The translations under genes were made by a program, and so were the position numbers. Shown here in pieces: positions 41,121 through 49,411 of a stretch of 64,000 bases of DNA. The notes beneath the pieces are model-generated. The model was not told where the DNA came from and made no database searches. It saw only the letters and a list, made by a program, of their open reading frames with translations. The stretch lies in assembly GCA_963765205.1 (NCBI GenBank), contig CAVXVB010000008.1:32001-96000 (forward strand). Direction: 5' to 3'. How positions within the stretch are numbered: the stretch's first letter is position 1; each line of letters begins with the position of its first letter. This stretch comes from an uncultured Verrucomicrobiae bacterium (lineage in GTDB: Bacteria; Verrucomicrobiota; Verrucomicrobiia; Opitutales; JABDGR01).

Positions 41121-41139
41121 TTGCAAGCAGTCATAAAAG
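41094..41139 (+). promoter_or_regulatory. Sigma70 promoter of the BMC operon, overlapped by operator 3
   Basis: TTGACA (41094), 16-bp spacer, TATGAT (41116); palindrome CTTTTATGATTGC-AA-GCAGTCATAAAAG covers the -10 box. Confidence 0.65.
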
Positions 41140-41166
41140 GTTAAAGGACTAATTTACCCCTGACTC

Positions 41167-41841
41167 ATGGCCGCGCCATTGCCCAACCGTTCTCTTGTCG
41201 AATCGTTGATTCGCCAGTCGCTCTTTGCGCAACTGGGGCGCGAGTCGTCCGTGGCCGCGCCGCCGACGCTCGTGGTCAACAGTTCCGCGCGCCACATGCA
41301 CCTGACGCAGGAGAATGTGGAAATACTTTTTGGCAAGGGCACGCAATTGACCGTTCACAAGTGGCTTTATCAGGAGGGGCAGTTTGCCTCGGGGCAGACC
41401 GTCACGCTCGTCGGCCCGCGCGACCGCATCATCCCGAACCTGCGCATTCTCGGCCCCTGCCGCAACCTCACGCAAATCGAACTAGCTTACACGGACTCGA
41501 TTTACCTCGGCATCAACGTTCCGGTGCGCGCTTCGGGCGACATCAAAGGCTCGGCGGCGGGCGTGGTGATCGGGCCGAAAGGCGTCGTCGAAATGAAGGA
41601 AGGCATCATCCGCGCGGCGCGGCACGTCCACATGAGTCCGGCGGATGCGGCTTATTACGGCGTGAAGGCCGGCGAGCACATGACCCTGCGCGTCGAATCG
41701 CAAAAATGCTCGACGCGCTTTGACGACCTGCTGGTGCGCGTGGACCCGTCCTTCAAGCTCGAGGTGCATATTGACACGGACGAGGCGAATTGCTGCGACC
41801 TGGCCCGCGCGCAGCGCTGCGAGCTGGTGCGCCAGGGCTGA
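41167..41841 (+). CDS. pduL: PduL-type phosphotransacylase with N-terminal encapsulation peptide
   Basis: SARHMHL, RILGPCR, RHVHM, EVHIDTDEAN; amphipathic RSLVESLIRQSLFAQL. Confidence 0.93.
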   Translation: MAAPLPNRSLVESLIRQSLFAQLGRESSVAAPPTLVVNSSARHMHLTQENVEILFGKGTQLTVHKWLYQEGQFASGQTVTLVGPRDRIIPNLRILGPCRNLTQIELAYTDSIYLGINVPVRASGDIKGSAAGVVIGPKGVVEMKEGIIRAARHVHMSPADAAYYGVKAGEHMTLRVESQKCSTRFDDLLVRVDPSFKLEVHIDTDEANCCDLARAQRCELVRQG

Positions 41842-41905
41842 ACATTTTTTGACCGAATTAACAAAATTAATAAAATCAACCAAAACATCCTAAACACCTA
41901 ATTAT

Positions 41906-42178
41906 ATGAATGACGCCATCGGACTGATTGAAACCAAAGGTTATGTCGGCCTCGTCGAGGCCAGCGACGCCATGGTGAAGGCGGCCAACGTCTCTCTGGT
42001 AAAACATATCCAGATTGGCGGGGCCTTCGTCACCACCATCGTGAAAGGCGACGTTGGCAGCGTGAACGCGGCGGTGACCGCCGGCAAGGAGGCCGCGCAG
42101 CGCGTCGGCAACCTGGTGGCCGCGCACACCATCGCCCGCCCCGCGGCCGGCCTGCTCGACTTCTTCATCGGCGCCTAA
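41906..42178 (+). CDS. BMC-H shell hexamer 1
   Basis: [28 protein letters not shown]. Confidence 0.95.
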   Translation: MNDAIGLIETKGYVGLVEASDAMVKAANVSLVKHIQIGGAFVTTIVKGDVGSVNAAVTAGKEAAQRVGNLVAAHTIARPAAGLLDFFIGA

Positions 42179-42233
42179 ACGCCACCTAAAAACTAAAAAA
42201 ACAGAAACCAGAAAACTTCAACCCATTACTACC

Positions 42234-42533
42234 ATGTCAGGACAAGCCATCGGAATGTTGGAAACCAAAGGCCTCACCGCCCAATTCGAAGCGACCGACG
42301 CGATGCTCAAAGCCGCGACGGTCGAATTGCTCGGCTGGGAAAAAGTCGGCTCCGGCAATGTCGCCGTCTTCGTGCGCGGCGATGTCGCCGCGGTGAAGGC
42401 CGCCGTCGAAGCCGGCGCGACCGCCGCGGCCGCGATTGGCGAAGTCGTCGCCGTCAACGTCATCCCGCGCCCGCACGACGATTTGCACCTGCTCGGCAAA
42501 TTCCTGTCGAAGGCCGCCGCGCCCGCCAAGTAA
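42234..42533 (+). CDS. BMC-H shell hexamer 2
   Basis: [21 protein letters not shown] pore, [14 protein letters not shown]. Confidence 0.95.
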   Translation: MSGQAIGMLETKGLTAQFEATDAMLKAATVELLGWEKVGSGNVAVFVRGDVAAVKAAVEAGATAAAAIGEVVAVNVIPRPHDDLHLLGKFLSKAAAPAK

Positions 42534-42601
42534 GGGTCGAGACGGCTTTCCGAGCCGTCCGCGGACGCTGGCAAACCGGCAACCTCATTCACCAACCCTC
42601 C

Positions 42602-43795
42602 ATGGGCAAAATTCTCGTGGCCAACATCGGCAGCACCTCGTTCAAGTTCCGCTTGTTCGAGATGCCCGGCGAGCAACTGCTTGCCAAGGGCGGCGTCGAG
42701 CGCATTGGCGCCGCCGACAGCCCGTGGCGTGTCGAGATCACGGGGCGCGCGCCGGCAGCGGGGACGGCGAAGTTTGCCAATTGCGACGAGGCCATCGCCC
42801 ATGTGGAAAACGCGTTGCGCGGCACCGTGCTCGCGGGTTTCCATGAATTGGCGGCGGTCGGCTTTAAACCCGTGATGGCCAAGGGCGTCAGCGGCACGCA
42901 GGTGATGGATGAAAAAGTACTGGGCGCGATGGAGGCGCTTTACACGCTGCTGCCCGCGCACAATCCGCCCTACGTCAACGCGGTACGCACGTTCAACCGG
43001 CTCTACCCGAAGCTGCCGTGCATCGGCACGTTCGAGACCGCGTTCTACGACCACCTGCCGGTCGAGAACACGCGCTTCCCGGTGCCGCTCGAATGGGAGC
43101 AAAAATTGGGCATCCGGCGCACGGGCTTTCACGGCGCGAGCCATCGGTTTGTGACCGAGCGTTTCGCGCAAATCAAAGGGCGCGCGGACTTGCGCCTCAT
43201 CTCGTGCCACCTCGGCGGCAGTTCCTCGATCTGCGCCGTGCGCGCGGGAAAAGCGATTGATTCAAGCTGGGGGATGACGCCGCAAAGCGGCCTGCCGCAG
43301 AGCAACCGCGTCGGCGATTTCGACGTGTTCGCGGCGTTCTACCTCGCGAAAGACCTGGGTCTCGGCCTTGAGCAGGTTGAAAAACAGTTGTCCACCAACG
43401 CCGGGCTCAAAGGCATGTCGGGCCTGGCCACCGGCGACGTGCGCGATGTCGCGGAAGCCGCCGCTGCCGGCAACGAAAACGCGCGCACCGCCCTCGCCGT
43501 TTTTAGCAATGCCATTCGCGGTTATCTCGGGCGCTTTCTCGTCGCGCTCAATGGCGCGGATGCCCTCATCTTCACCGCCGGCATCGGCGAAAACCGGGTT
43601 GAGCTACGCGCAACCGTCTGCGCCGACCTTGATTTCTGCGGGCTGAAACTCGATGCCCAGGCCAACGCCACTACGCACGCCACCGAGGCGAAAATCTCCG
43701 CGCCCGACTCCAAAATCGAAGTCTGGGTGATTCCGACTAATGAAGAAATTGTGATCGCACGCAACGCGTGGGCGAAGCTGCAAGGAAGGAATTAA
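42602..43795 (+). CDS. ackA: Acetate/propionate kinase family (probable lactyl-phosphate kinase)
   Basis: NIGSTSFK, HNP, GFHGASH, CHLGG, FTAGIGEN, IPTNEE. Confidence 0.92.
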   Translation: MGKILVANIGSTSFKFRLFEMPGEQLLAKGGVERIGAADSPWRVEITGRAPAAGTAKFANCDEAIAHVENALRGTVLAGFHELAAVGFKPVMAKGVSGTQVMDEKVLGAMEALYTLLPAHNPPYVNAVRTFNRLYPKLPCIGTFETAFYDHLPVENTRFPVPLEWEQKLGIRRTGFHGASHRFVTERFAQIKGRADLRLISCHLGGSSSICAVRAGKAIDSSWGMTPQSGLPQSNRVGDFDVFAAFYLAKDLGLGLEQVEKQLSTNAGLKGMSGLATGDVRDVAEAAAAGNENARTALAVFSNAIRGYLGRFLVALNGADALIFTAGIGENRVELRATVCADLDFCGLKLDAQANATTHATEAKISAPDSKIEVWVIPTNEEIVIARNAWAKLQGRN

Positions 43796-43799
43796 GGTT

Positions 43800-43990
43800 T
43801 ATGATTTAAGAAGTAAAAAGTAAAAATTACGAGTTACGAAACAAAATTCCAAAAAACGAACCCCGTCATTCTTTTCTGAAATTTCAAAGCCGAAACCGAA
43901 ATCTGAACCTGAACCTAGAAACTCGAAACTAAAAATCCGAAACACCAAAGCAACAACTTTTAACCTGCAACTTGCAACCTTCAACCTATA
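43800..43990. repeat. Degenerate 6-7-nt-period tandem tract
   Basis: CCGAAA/CTGAAC/GAAACT units followed by CAACCTG/CAACTTG/CAACCTT. Confidence 0.55.
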
Positions 43991-43997
43991 TAAAACT

Positions 43998-44288
43998 ATG
44001 TCCCAACAAGCCATTGGATTGATTGAAACCCGCGGTCTGGTCGCGCTCGTCGAGGCGACGGACGCCATGCTCAAGTCGGCCAACGTCGAGTTGGTCGGCC
44101 CGCTGACCCAGGTCGGCAACGCGATGGTCACCGTCGTGGTGACCGGCGATGTCGCCGCGGTCAAGGCCGCGACGGAAGCCGGGCGCACCGCCGCGCAATC
44201 GCTCGGCGAAGTCGTGTCCGTCAGCGTCATCGCCCGCCCGCATGGCGACCTCACCACCGTCCTGCCCAAGCTGCCGGTGAAGAAATAA
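43998..44288 (+). CDS. BMC-H shell hexamer 3
   Basis: [32 protein letters not shown]. Confidence 0.95.
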   Translation: MSQQAIGLIETRGLVALVEATDAMLKSANVELVGPLTQVGNAMVTVVVTGDVAAVKAATEAGRTAAQSLGEVVSVSVIARPHGDLTTVLPKLPVKK

Positions 44289-44399
44289 TCCGGCGCGGGT
44301 GCCTATTCAGGGCGTCCGCCTGGACGGCTGCTTGCGTCGTCGTCGCGGCGCTCGCCGTTTCACCGGCGGCGCCCTCCTCAACTCCAACTCCTCTCTGCC

Positions 44400-44711
44400 A
44401 TGATTCTCGCCCGTGTCGAAGGCTACATCGTTTCCACCAAAAAGAATGCGAAGATGACCGGCTCGAAATTCCTGTTCGTGCGGCCCCTCCTCGTGGACCC
44501 GGCCAACTTGCAGGGCTTCAAGCCCGGCGCCAATACCATCGTCGCGGTGGACGACCTCGGGGCCGGCGAGGGCGAAGTCGTCCTCATCGCCCAGGGCAGT
44601 TCCGCGCGCCTGGGCGCGAAGGACAAGGACACGCCCATTGACGCCATTGTCATCGGCATCGTGGACACGGTGGACGTGGGCAAGAAGGTCGTCTATGCGG
44701 CCAACAGCTAA
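44400..44711 (+). CDS. BMC-P vertex pentamer (EutN/CcmL) 1
   Basis: MILARVEG..VST.K, VAVDDLGAGEGE, GSSAR, IDAIVIGIVD. Confidence 0.95.
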   Translation: MILARVEGYIVSTKKNAKMTGSKFLFVRPLLVDPANLQGFKPGANTIVAVDDLGAGEGEVVLIAQGSSARLGAKDKDTPIDAIVIGIVDTVDVGKKVVYAANS

Positions 44712-44717
44712 CCAAAT

Positions 44718-44810
44718 AAATGGAAGATGGAAAAATCAAGCCAGACAAAAACTAAAATCCACGGACAATCGTAGAAAGTTTTTTCCATTTTCCATCTTCC
44801 TTTTTCCATT
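44718..44810. repeat. Inverted heptamer tract (AATGGAA)n / (TTCCATT)n
   Basis: AAATGGAAGATGGAAAA ... TTTTCCATTTTCCATCTTCC; same family at 46251-46336. Confidence 0.65.
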
Positions 44811-44827
44811 CCCAACTCCCTCTTCCC

Positions 44828-46252
44828 ATGGACCAGCAGCAAATCATCTCTCGCGTCGTGGCCGAGGTGCTCGCGCGCCTGCAGACGCAGCAGTCCGCCG
44901 CGCGCAGCGGGCAGACCGGCTTCGGCGTTTACGACAAGATGGAGGACGCCATTGCCGCCGCGCAAAAATCATTCGTGCAATTGCGCGAGGAGGGCGTGAC
45001 GGCGCGCAAGAAGGCCATCGCGGCGATCCGGCGCACCTGCGTGCAGAACGCGAAAGCGTGGGGCGAAATCGAATTCGCTGAGACGAAAATCGGCCGCCTC
45101 GAACACAAAATCGAAAAGCTCAAAATCTGTTCGGAGCTGGTGCCGGGCGTCGAGATGCTGGAACGCATGGCCTTCAGCGGCGATTTCGGGCTGACGATCA
45201 TTGACTTCGCGCCCTGGGGCGTCATCGGCGCGGTCACGCCGGCCACGCACAGCGTGCCGACGCTCACGGGCAACGCCATAAACATGCTGGCGGCGGGCAA
45301 CAGCGTGGTTTACAACACGCATCCCTCGGCCTGCGGCGTCGCGGCACTGGCCATCCGCGCCTACAACGAGGCGATTTTTGCGGAGACCGGCATTCCCGAC
45401 CTGCTGGCCACGGTCGTCAAGCCCACACTCCAGACCTTTGACGTGATGTGCAAGCATCCCGATGTGAAATTGCTTTGCGTCACCGGCGGCCCGGCGGTCG
45501 TCGCGGCGGCGATGAAGGCCGGCAAGCGTGCGGTTTGTGCCGGCCCGGGCAATCCGCCGGTGGTGGTGGACGAAACGGCGTGCCTCGAACGCGCGGCGCG
45601 CTGCATCATCCAGGGCGCGGCCTACGACAACAATTTGCTCTGCATCGGCGAGAAACAGGTATTTGTCGTCGAGTCGGTCGCCGACGGCCTCATCACCGCG
45701 CTCAAAAACGCGGGCGCGGTGCAACTTTCGCCGGCCCAGATTGAGGCGCTGACGAAGCAGGCGTTCACGATTGAGCCGGGGCAGGGCGGGGGCTGCGCGC
45801 ACGCGCACGTCACCAAATCCTTCATTGGGCGCGACGCCGCGGTGCTGGCGAAGGCGATCGGCCTCGACGTGCCGCCGGCCACGATGCTCCTGTTTGGCGA
45901 AACCAAGGAAGACCACCTCTTTGTGCAGGAGGAGCAGATGATGCCCTTCATCCCGATAGTGCGCGTGAAGAATGTGGACGAGGCCATCGCCGCGGCCATC
46001 CGCAGCGAGCACAACTACAAGCACACGGCCATCATGCACAGCCGCAACATCACGAACCTCACCAAGTTCGCCCAACTCGCCGACACCACGCTTTTCATCA
46101 AAAACGGCCCGTGCATGACCGGCCTCGGCCTCGGCGGCGAGGGCTTCCTCTCCTTCTCCGTCGCCACCCCGACGGGCGAAGGCGTGACGACGCCGATGAC
46201 GTTCACGCGGTCGCGGCGGTGCGTGATGGTGGAGAACCTAAATCTTTATTAA
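44828..46252 (+). CDS. CoA-acylating aldehyde dehydrogenase (PduP/EutE type) with N-terminal encapsulation peptide
   Basis: QIISRVVAEVLARL; VTGGP, AGPGNPP, NNLLCIGEK, EQMMP, TPTGEG. Confidence 0.94.
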   Translation: MDQQQIISRVVAEVLARLQTQQSAARSGQTGFGVYDKMEDAIAAAQKSFVQLREEGVTARKKAIAAIRRTCVQNAKAWGEIEFAETKIGRLEHKIEKLKICSELVPGVEMLERMAFSGDFGLTIIDFAPWGVIGAVTPATHSVPTLTGNAINMLAAGNSVVYNTHPSACGVAALAIRAYNEAIFAETGIPDLLATVVKPTLQTFDVMCKHPDVKLLCVTGGPAVVAAAMKAGKRAVCAGPGNPPVVVDETACLERAARCIIQGAAYDNNLLCIGEKQVFVVESVADGLITALKNAGAVQLSPAQIEALTKQAFTIEPGQGGGCAHAHVTKSFIGRDAAVLAKAIGLDVPPATMLLFGETKEDHLFVQEEQMMPFIPIVRVKNVDEAIAAAIRSEHNYKHTAIMHSRNITNLTKFAQLADTTLFIKNGPCMTGLGLGGEGFLSFSVATPTGEGVTTPMTFTRSRRCVMVENLNLY

Positions 46253-46336
46253 TGGAAAATAGAAAAATAAAACCCAAAACCGAATTTATTTTCCACCAAC
46301 TTCCGCCATTTTTTCCAGCTTCCATTTTCCATCTTT
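46251..46336. repeat. Inverted heptamer tract (AATGGAA)n / (TTCCATT)n
   Basis: AATGGAAAATAGAAAA ... TTCCAGCTTCCATTTTCCATC. Confidence 0.6.
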
Positions 46337-46343
46337 TATTCTT

Positions 46344-46622
46344 ATGCGTTTGGCCATCATCCGCGGTTATGTCACCTCGACCGTGAAGCACAAAAGCTTC
46401 AACGGCGCGCGGCTGCTCATCGCGCAACCGGTGGACCTGGCGGACAAGCCGGACGGGCCGCCGCAGGTGGTCGTGGACCCGCTTGGCACGGCGCTGCACG
46501 AAAAAGTTATTCTCTGCAGCGACGGCAGTTGGGCGCGCACTTATTTGAAGGACCCGCGCAGCCCGTGCCGCTGGTGGATCATGGGCATCGTGGACGAAGC
46601 CACGGAAGGGAGCGTCGCATGA
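46344..46622 (+). CDS. BMC-P vertex pentamer 2
   Basis: G.VTSTVKH, VVDPLG, SDGS.AR, IMGIVD. Confidence 0.92.
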   Translation: MRLAIIRGYVTSTVKHKSFNGARLLIAQPVDLADKPDGPPQVVVDPLGTALHEKVILCSDGSWARTYLKDPRSPCRWWIMGIVDEATEGSVA

Positions 46623-46915
46623 GGCTCGCTACCGTCATCGGCCGGGTCACGCTCTCCGTGCGGCATCCGGCGCTCAACGGCGAACGCCTGCTCGTCGCGC
46701 TGCCGTGGGGGCCGAAAACGGCGCAGACCGGCCAGGACCACGATTATTCCATCGTCGTTTACGACCAGTTGGGCGCCGGCCCCGGCGGCACCATCGGCGT
46801 GTGCGAAAGCACCGAGGCCACCCGCCCGTTCGAGAAACCCACGCCCGTGGACGCCTATTGCGCCGCGCTGATTGACACCGTTTTTTACCAACCCGAGGAC
46901 CCGCACCGCGCGTGA
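46619..46915 (+). CDS. BMC-P vertex pentamer 3
   Basis: MRLATVIGRVTLS, VVYDQLGAG, EA..PF, PVDAYCAALID. Confidence 0.92.
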   Translation: MRLATVIGRVTLSVRHPALNGERLLVALPWGPKTAQTGQDHDYSIVVYDQLGAGPGGTIGVCESTEATRPFEKPTPVDAYCAALIDTVFYQPEDPHRA

Positions 46916-46951
46916 TGCCCGGCTTTGGCCGCGCTCTGCGCCCCATCCATT

Positions 46952-48043
46952 ATGAAACTCTTCTCCCAAAAAGAAGCCGCTGAATTTGCCAAATCCGGCG
47001 TCAAGGAATTCCGCTTCAGCCGCGAATCCACGCGGATGACGCCCGGCGCGCGCGACGTGCTCGTCGCCGCCGGCGTCAAAATCATCTACGACCCCAACGC
47101 CGGGGCCGCGCCGACTGCCGCGCCCGCCGCGGCCAAGCCCGCCGAGCCGGCGAAAAGCGCCGCGTCCGCGCCCGCCGCCTCGAAGGGCGACATCCTCGCG
47201 CTGTTTAATTCGCCGCTCGCGAAAAAACTCAAGGACGACATTGTTGAAATCGGCAGCCGCTGCTGGAAGCGCGATTACAACGACGGCAACGGTGGCAACA
47301 TCTCCGCCCGCCTCGGCAATTATTTTCTCTGCACGCCCACCGGCGTCAGCAAGGGTTTCATGAAGCCCGACATGGTCTGCCTCGTGGACGTCGAGGGCAA
47401 CCAGCTCGCCGGCAACGCCCCCTGGAAGCGCACGAGCGAAATCCTCTCGCACCTCGGCATCTACAAAACGGTGCCGACCGCCGCCGCCGTCGTCCACGCG
47501 CACCCGATCCACGCCACGGCGTTTGCCATGGCTGGCCTCGAACCGCCGCAATGCCTCATTCCCGAGGTCGAGGTTTTTGTCGGCACGATCCCCGTCGCCG
47601 AATACAAGACGCCCGGCAGCCCGCAGATGAGCGAAATTCTCGGGAAACTCGCGCCGCAGCACCAGTCCATCCTGATGGGCAACCACGGCGTGATCTGCTG
47701 GGGCGTCAGCGTCGAGGACGCCTATTTCAAGATGGAGATCACGGACTCCTACTGCCGCACGCTCTGGGTCGCCGCGCAGTTGCCGACCAAGCGCACGACC
47801 ATCCCGGCCAACGAGGTTAAAATCCTGCTCGACCTCAAAAAGAAATTGGGCCTGCCCGACGAGCGCCTGAATTTGAAGACCGCCGACCTGTGCGATTGCG
47901 ACCCCTGGGAGCAAATCGCCGACCGGCAGGTGACGAGCGCGACGCCCGCCGGCCCCTCACCCGCGAAAATGACCAACGCCGAACTCGAAGGCCTCGTGCA
48001 AAAACTCACCGAGGAAGTGATGGGGCAGTTGGGGAAGAAGTGA
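46952..48043 (+). CDS. Class II aldolase (fuculose/rhamnulose-1-phosphate) with extra N-terminal domain and C-terminal encapsulation peptide
   Basis: GNISAR, TPTGVSKG, TSE, VHAHP, NHG; C-terminal ELEGLVQKLTEEVMGQL. Confidence 0.92.
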   Translation: MKLFSQKEAAEFAKSGVKEFRFSRESTRMTPGARDVLVAAGVKIIYDPNAGAAPTAAPAAAKPAEPAKSAASAPAASKGDILALFNSPLAKKLKDDIVEIGSRCWKRDYNDGNGGNISARLGNYFLCTPTGVSKGFMKPDMVCLVDVEGNQLAGNAPWKRTSEILSHLGIYKTVPTAAAVVHAHPIHATAFAMAGLEPPQCLIPEVEVFVGTIPVAEYKTPGSPQMSEILGKLAPQHQSILMGNHGVICWGVSVEDAYFKMEITDSYCRTLWVAAQLPTKRTTIPANEVKILLDLKKKLGLPDERLNLKTADLCDCDPWEQIADRQVTSATPAGPSPAKMTNAELEGLVQKLTEEVMGQLGKK

Positions 48044-48093
48044 AGTCGCGTTCTGTCTTGCTTGAGTTTAGCTATCAGGAATAGCTTCCAAGC

Positions 48094-48732
48094 ATGTCAC
48101 CGGCAGATGTTGCTCTCGTTGTCACCGAACTCAAAAGGCTTGGCCCCATCCAACCTTCGTCGGATCGTTGCTGGAAGCGGCTTCCGGCATTAAAGGCGAT
48201 TGATTGTGTTTTATCCTTAAACCGGCATTACGATCACTTCGTTGTTCCACGACTCGATCGGTTTGAATCGTCGTATCCTGCTGTTCAAAAAATTCAGGAT
48301 TTGCGCGGATTCATCAATACATTTCCGACACTGGCAGTTTTTATGGAAAAAGCATTGGATTATCATGATGCGGCTAGGGCGGAAACTTTATCGGGAGTGG
48401 TGGATTATGTTATAGGCGAGATTCAACGAATGAAGATGGATTCAGAAGAAACTTCGCTTAAAAAATGGGCGAATGATGCCCGCCCACAAGATTATTTGAT
48501 GGTGCATGTCCATGGTTTTGGACTGGCGGGCTTTCAATACCTGCGAATGCTCTTTGGCGCAAACACCACCAAGCCCGATGTCCATATTCGCGCTTATGTG
48601 GGCAAGGTGCTAAACCGTTCCGTGAGTGATTTGGAGGCGCTTGATTTCTTGCAGCATGCCGCGGAGCAGAGCGGCGTGAAACTCCGGGACTTGGACACGA
48701 CGATTTGGGAGGCATCCGCGCGCGGTGCGTAA
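48094..48732 (+). CDS. HhH-GPD superfamily DNA-glycosylase-like protein
   Basis: VHGFGLAGFQYLRMLFG...KPDVHI and LD..IW; AT-richer than its flanks. Confidence 0.6.
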   Translation: MSPADVALVVTELKRLGPIQPSSDRCWKRLPALKAIDCVLSLNRHYDHFVVPRLDRFESSYPAVQKIQDLRGFINTFPTLAVFMEKALDYHDAARAETLSGVVDYVIGEIQRMKMDSEETSLKKWANDARPQDYLMVHVHGFGLAGFQYLRMLFGANTTKPDVHIRAYVGKVLNRSVSDLEALDFLQHAAEQSGVKLRDLDTTIWEASARGA

Positions 48733-48737
48733 GCGAG

Positions 48738-49040
48738 TTAATCAAATTTCCCGCTTTGGTTCAGGCGATGCACTTCGGTGTGATTGCCGAGAAACTGGAC
48801 GTGAAGACCGTCCTGGGCATCCAGGAAAACGAGGCGCCAATGCAACCCCGCCCGGCACTCGAAAGTGTGTCGCCGCAATTTGCGGATGTCGAGGCCACTG
48901 TGGAGATGTGGCTGGCCGAATTCCTCGCACAAGCGGCCCAGAGCGAGCCAGCAGGCCTGCTTTTCCAATTCAGGCAGAACGGCGATTTTTGCCTGGACGG
49001 TGGACAGAATGATGAGCGATTTTTTCGCGCAGTTGTTCAG
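48738..49040 (-). CDS. RelE/ParE-like toxin (start uncertain)
   Basis: HSGLDIRKL..FECRAGLHWRLVF...LGNHTEV; overlaps the antitoxin end; no ATG/GTG start seen. Confidence 0.65.
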   Translation of the reverse strand: MNNCAKKSLIILSTVQAKIAVLPELEKQACWLALGRLCEEFGQPHLHSGLDIRKLRRHTFECRAGLHWRLVFLDAQDGLHVQFLGNHTEVHRLNQSGKFD

Positions 49041-49296
49041 GGGTGAAACGATATTTTTCCAATTCGCCGGAGGCGCGCAGGCGTTCAGCCAGTGCTTCAG
49101 AAGCGTCGGCGAGCCGGTCAAGTTGTTCCTCCGTCACGCCGTATTCGCGCTGGGCGTAGTCGGAGGACTCGATGGGCACCTTGCGCAGGGCGATGATGTC
49201 GGCACCGCTGACAATGCCGATATCCTGGCCGGCCGCGGCGGCTTTGAGCCACTTGCCGAGGTTTTGCTTCGCGCTGGTGATGGTGAGAGTATGCAT
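48970..49296 (-). CDS. Phd/YefM-like antitoxin
   Basis: MHTLTITSAKQNLGKWLKAAAAGQDI, acidic helical C-terminal half. Confidence 0.75.
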   Translation of the reverse strand: MHTLTITSAKQNLGKWLKAAAAGQDIGIVSGADIIALRKVPIESSDYAQREYGVTEEQLDRLADASEALAERLRASGELEKYRFTPEQLREKIAHHSVHRPGKNRRSA

Positions 49297-49411
49297 ACAG
49301 CCTTTATAGAGATTTTTAAGAGGCTGTCAAGATTGGCTTGGGACACCATCGTGTGGTTTCTCTCTTTTGGTTTTACACCATGCGCGGAAACGGGCACAAT
49401 CTTGTTTTCTT

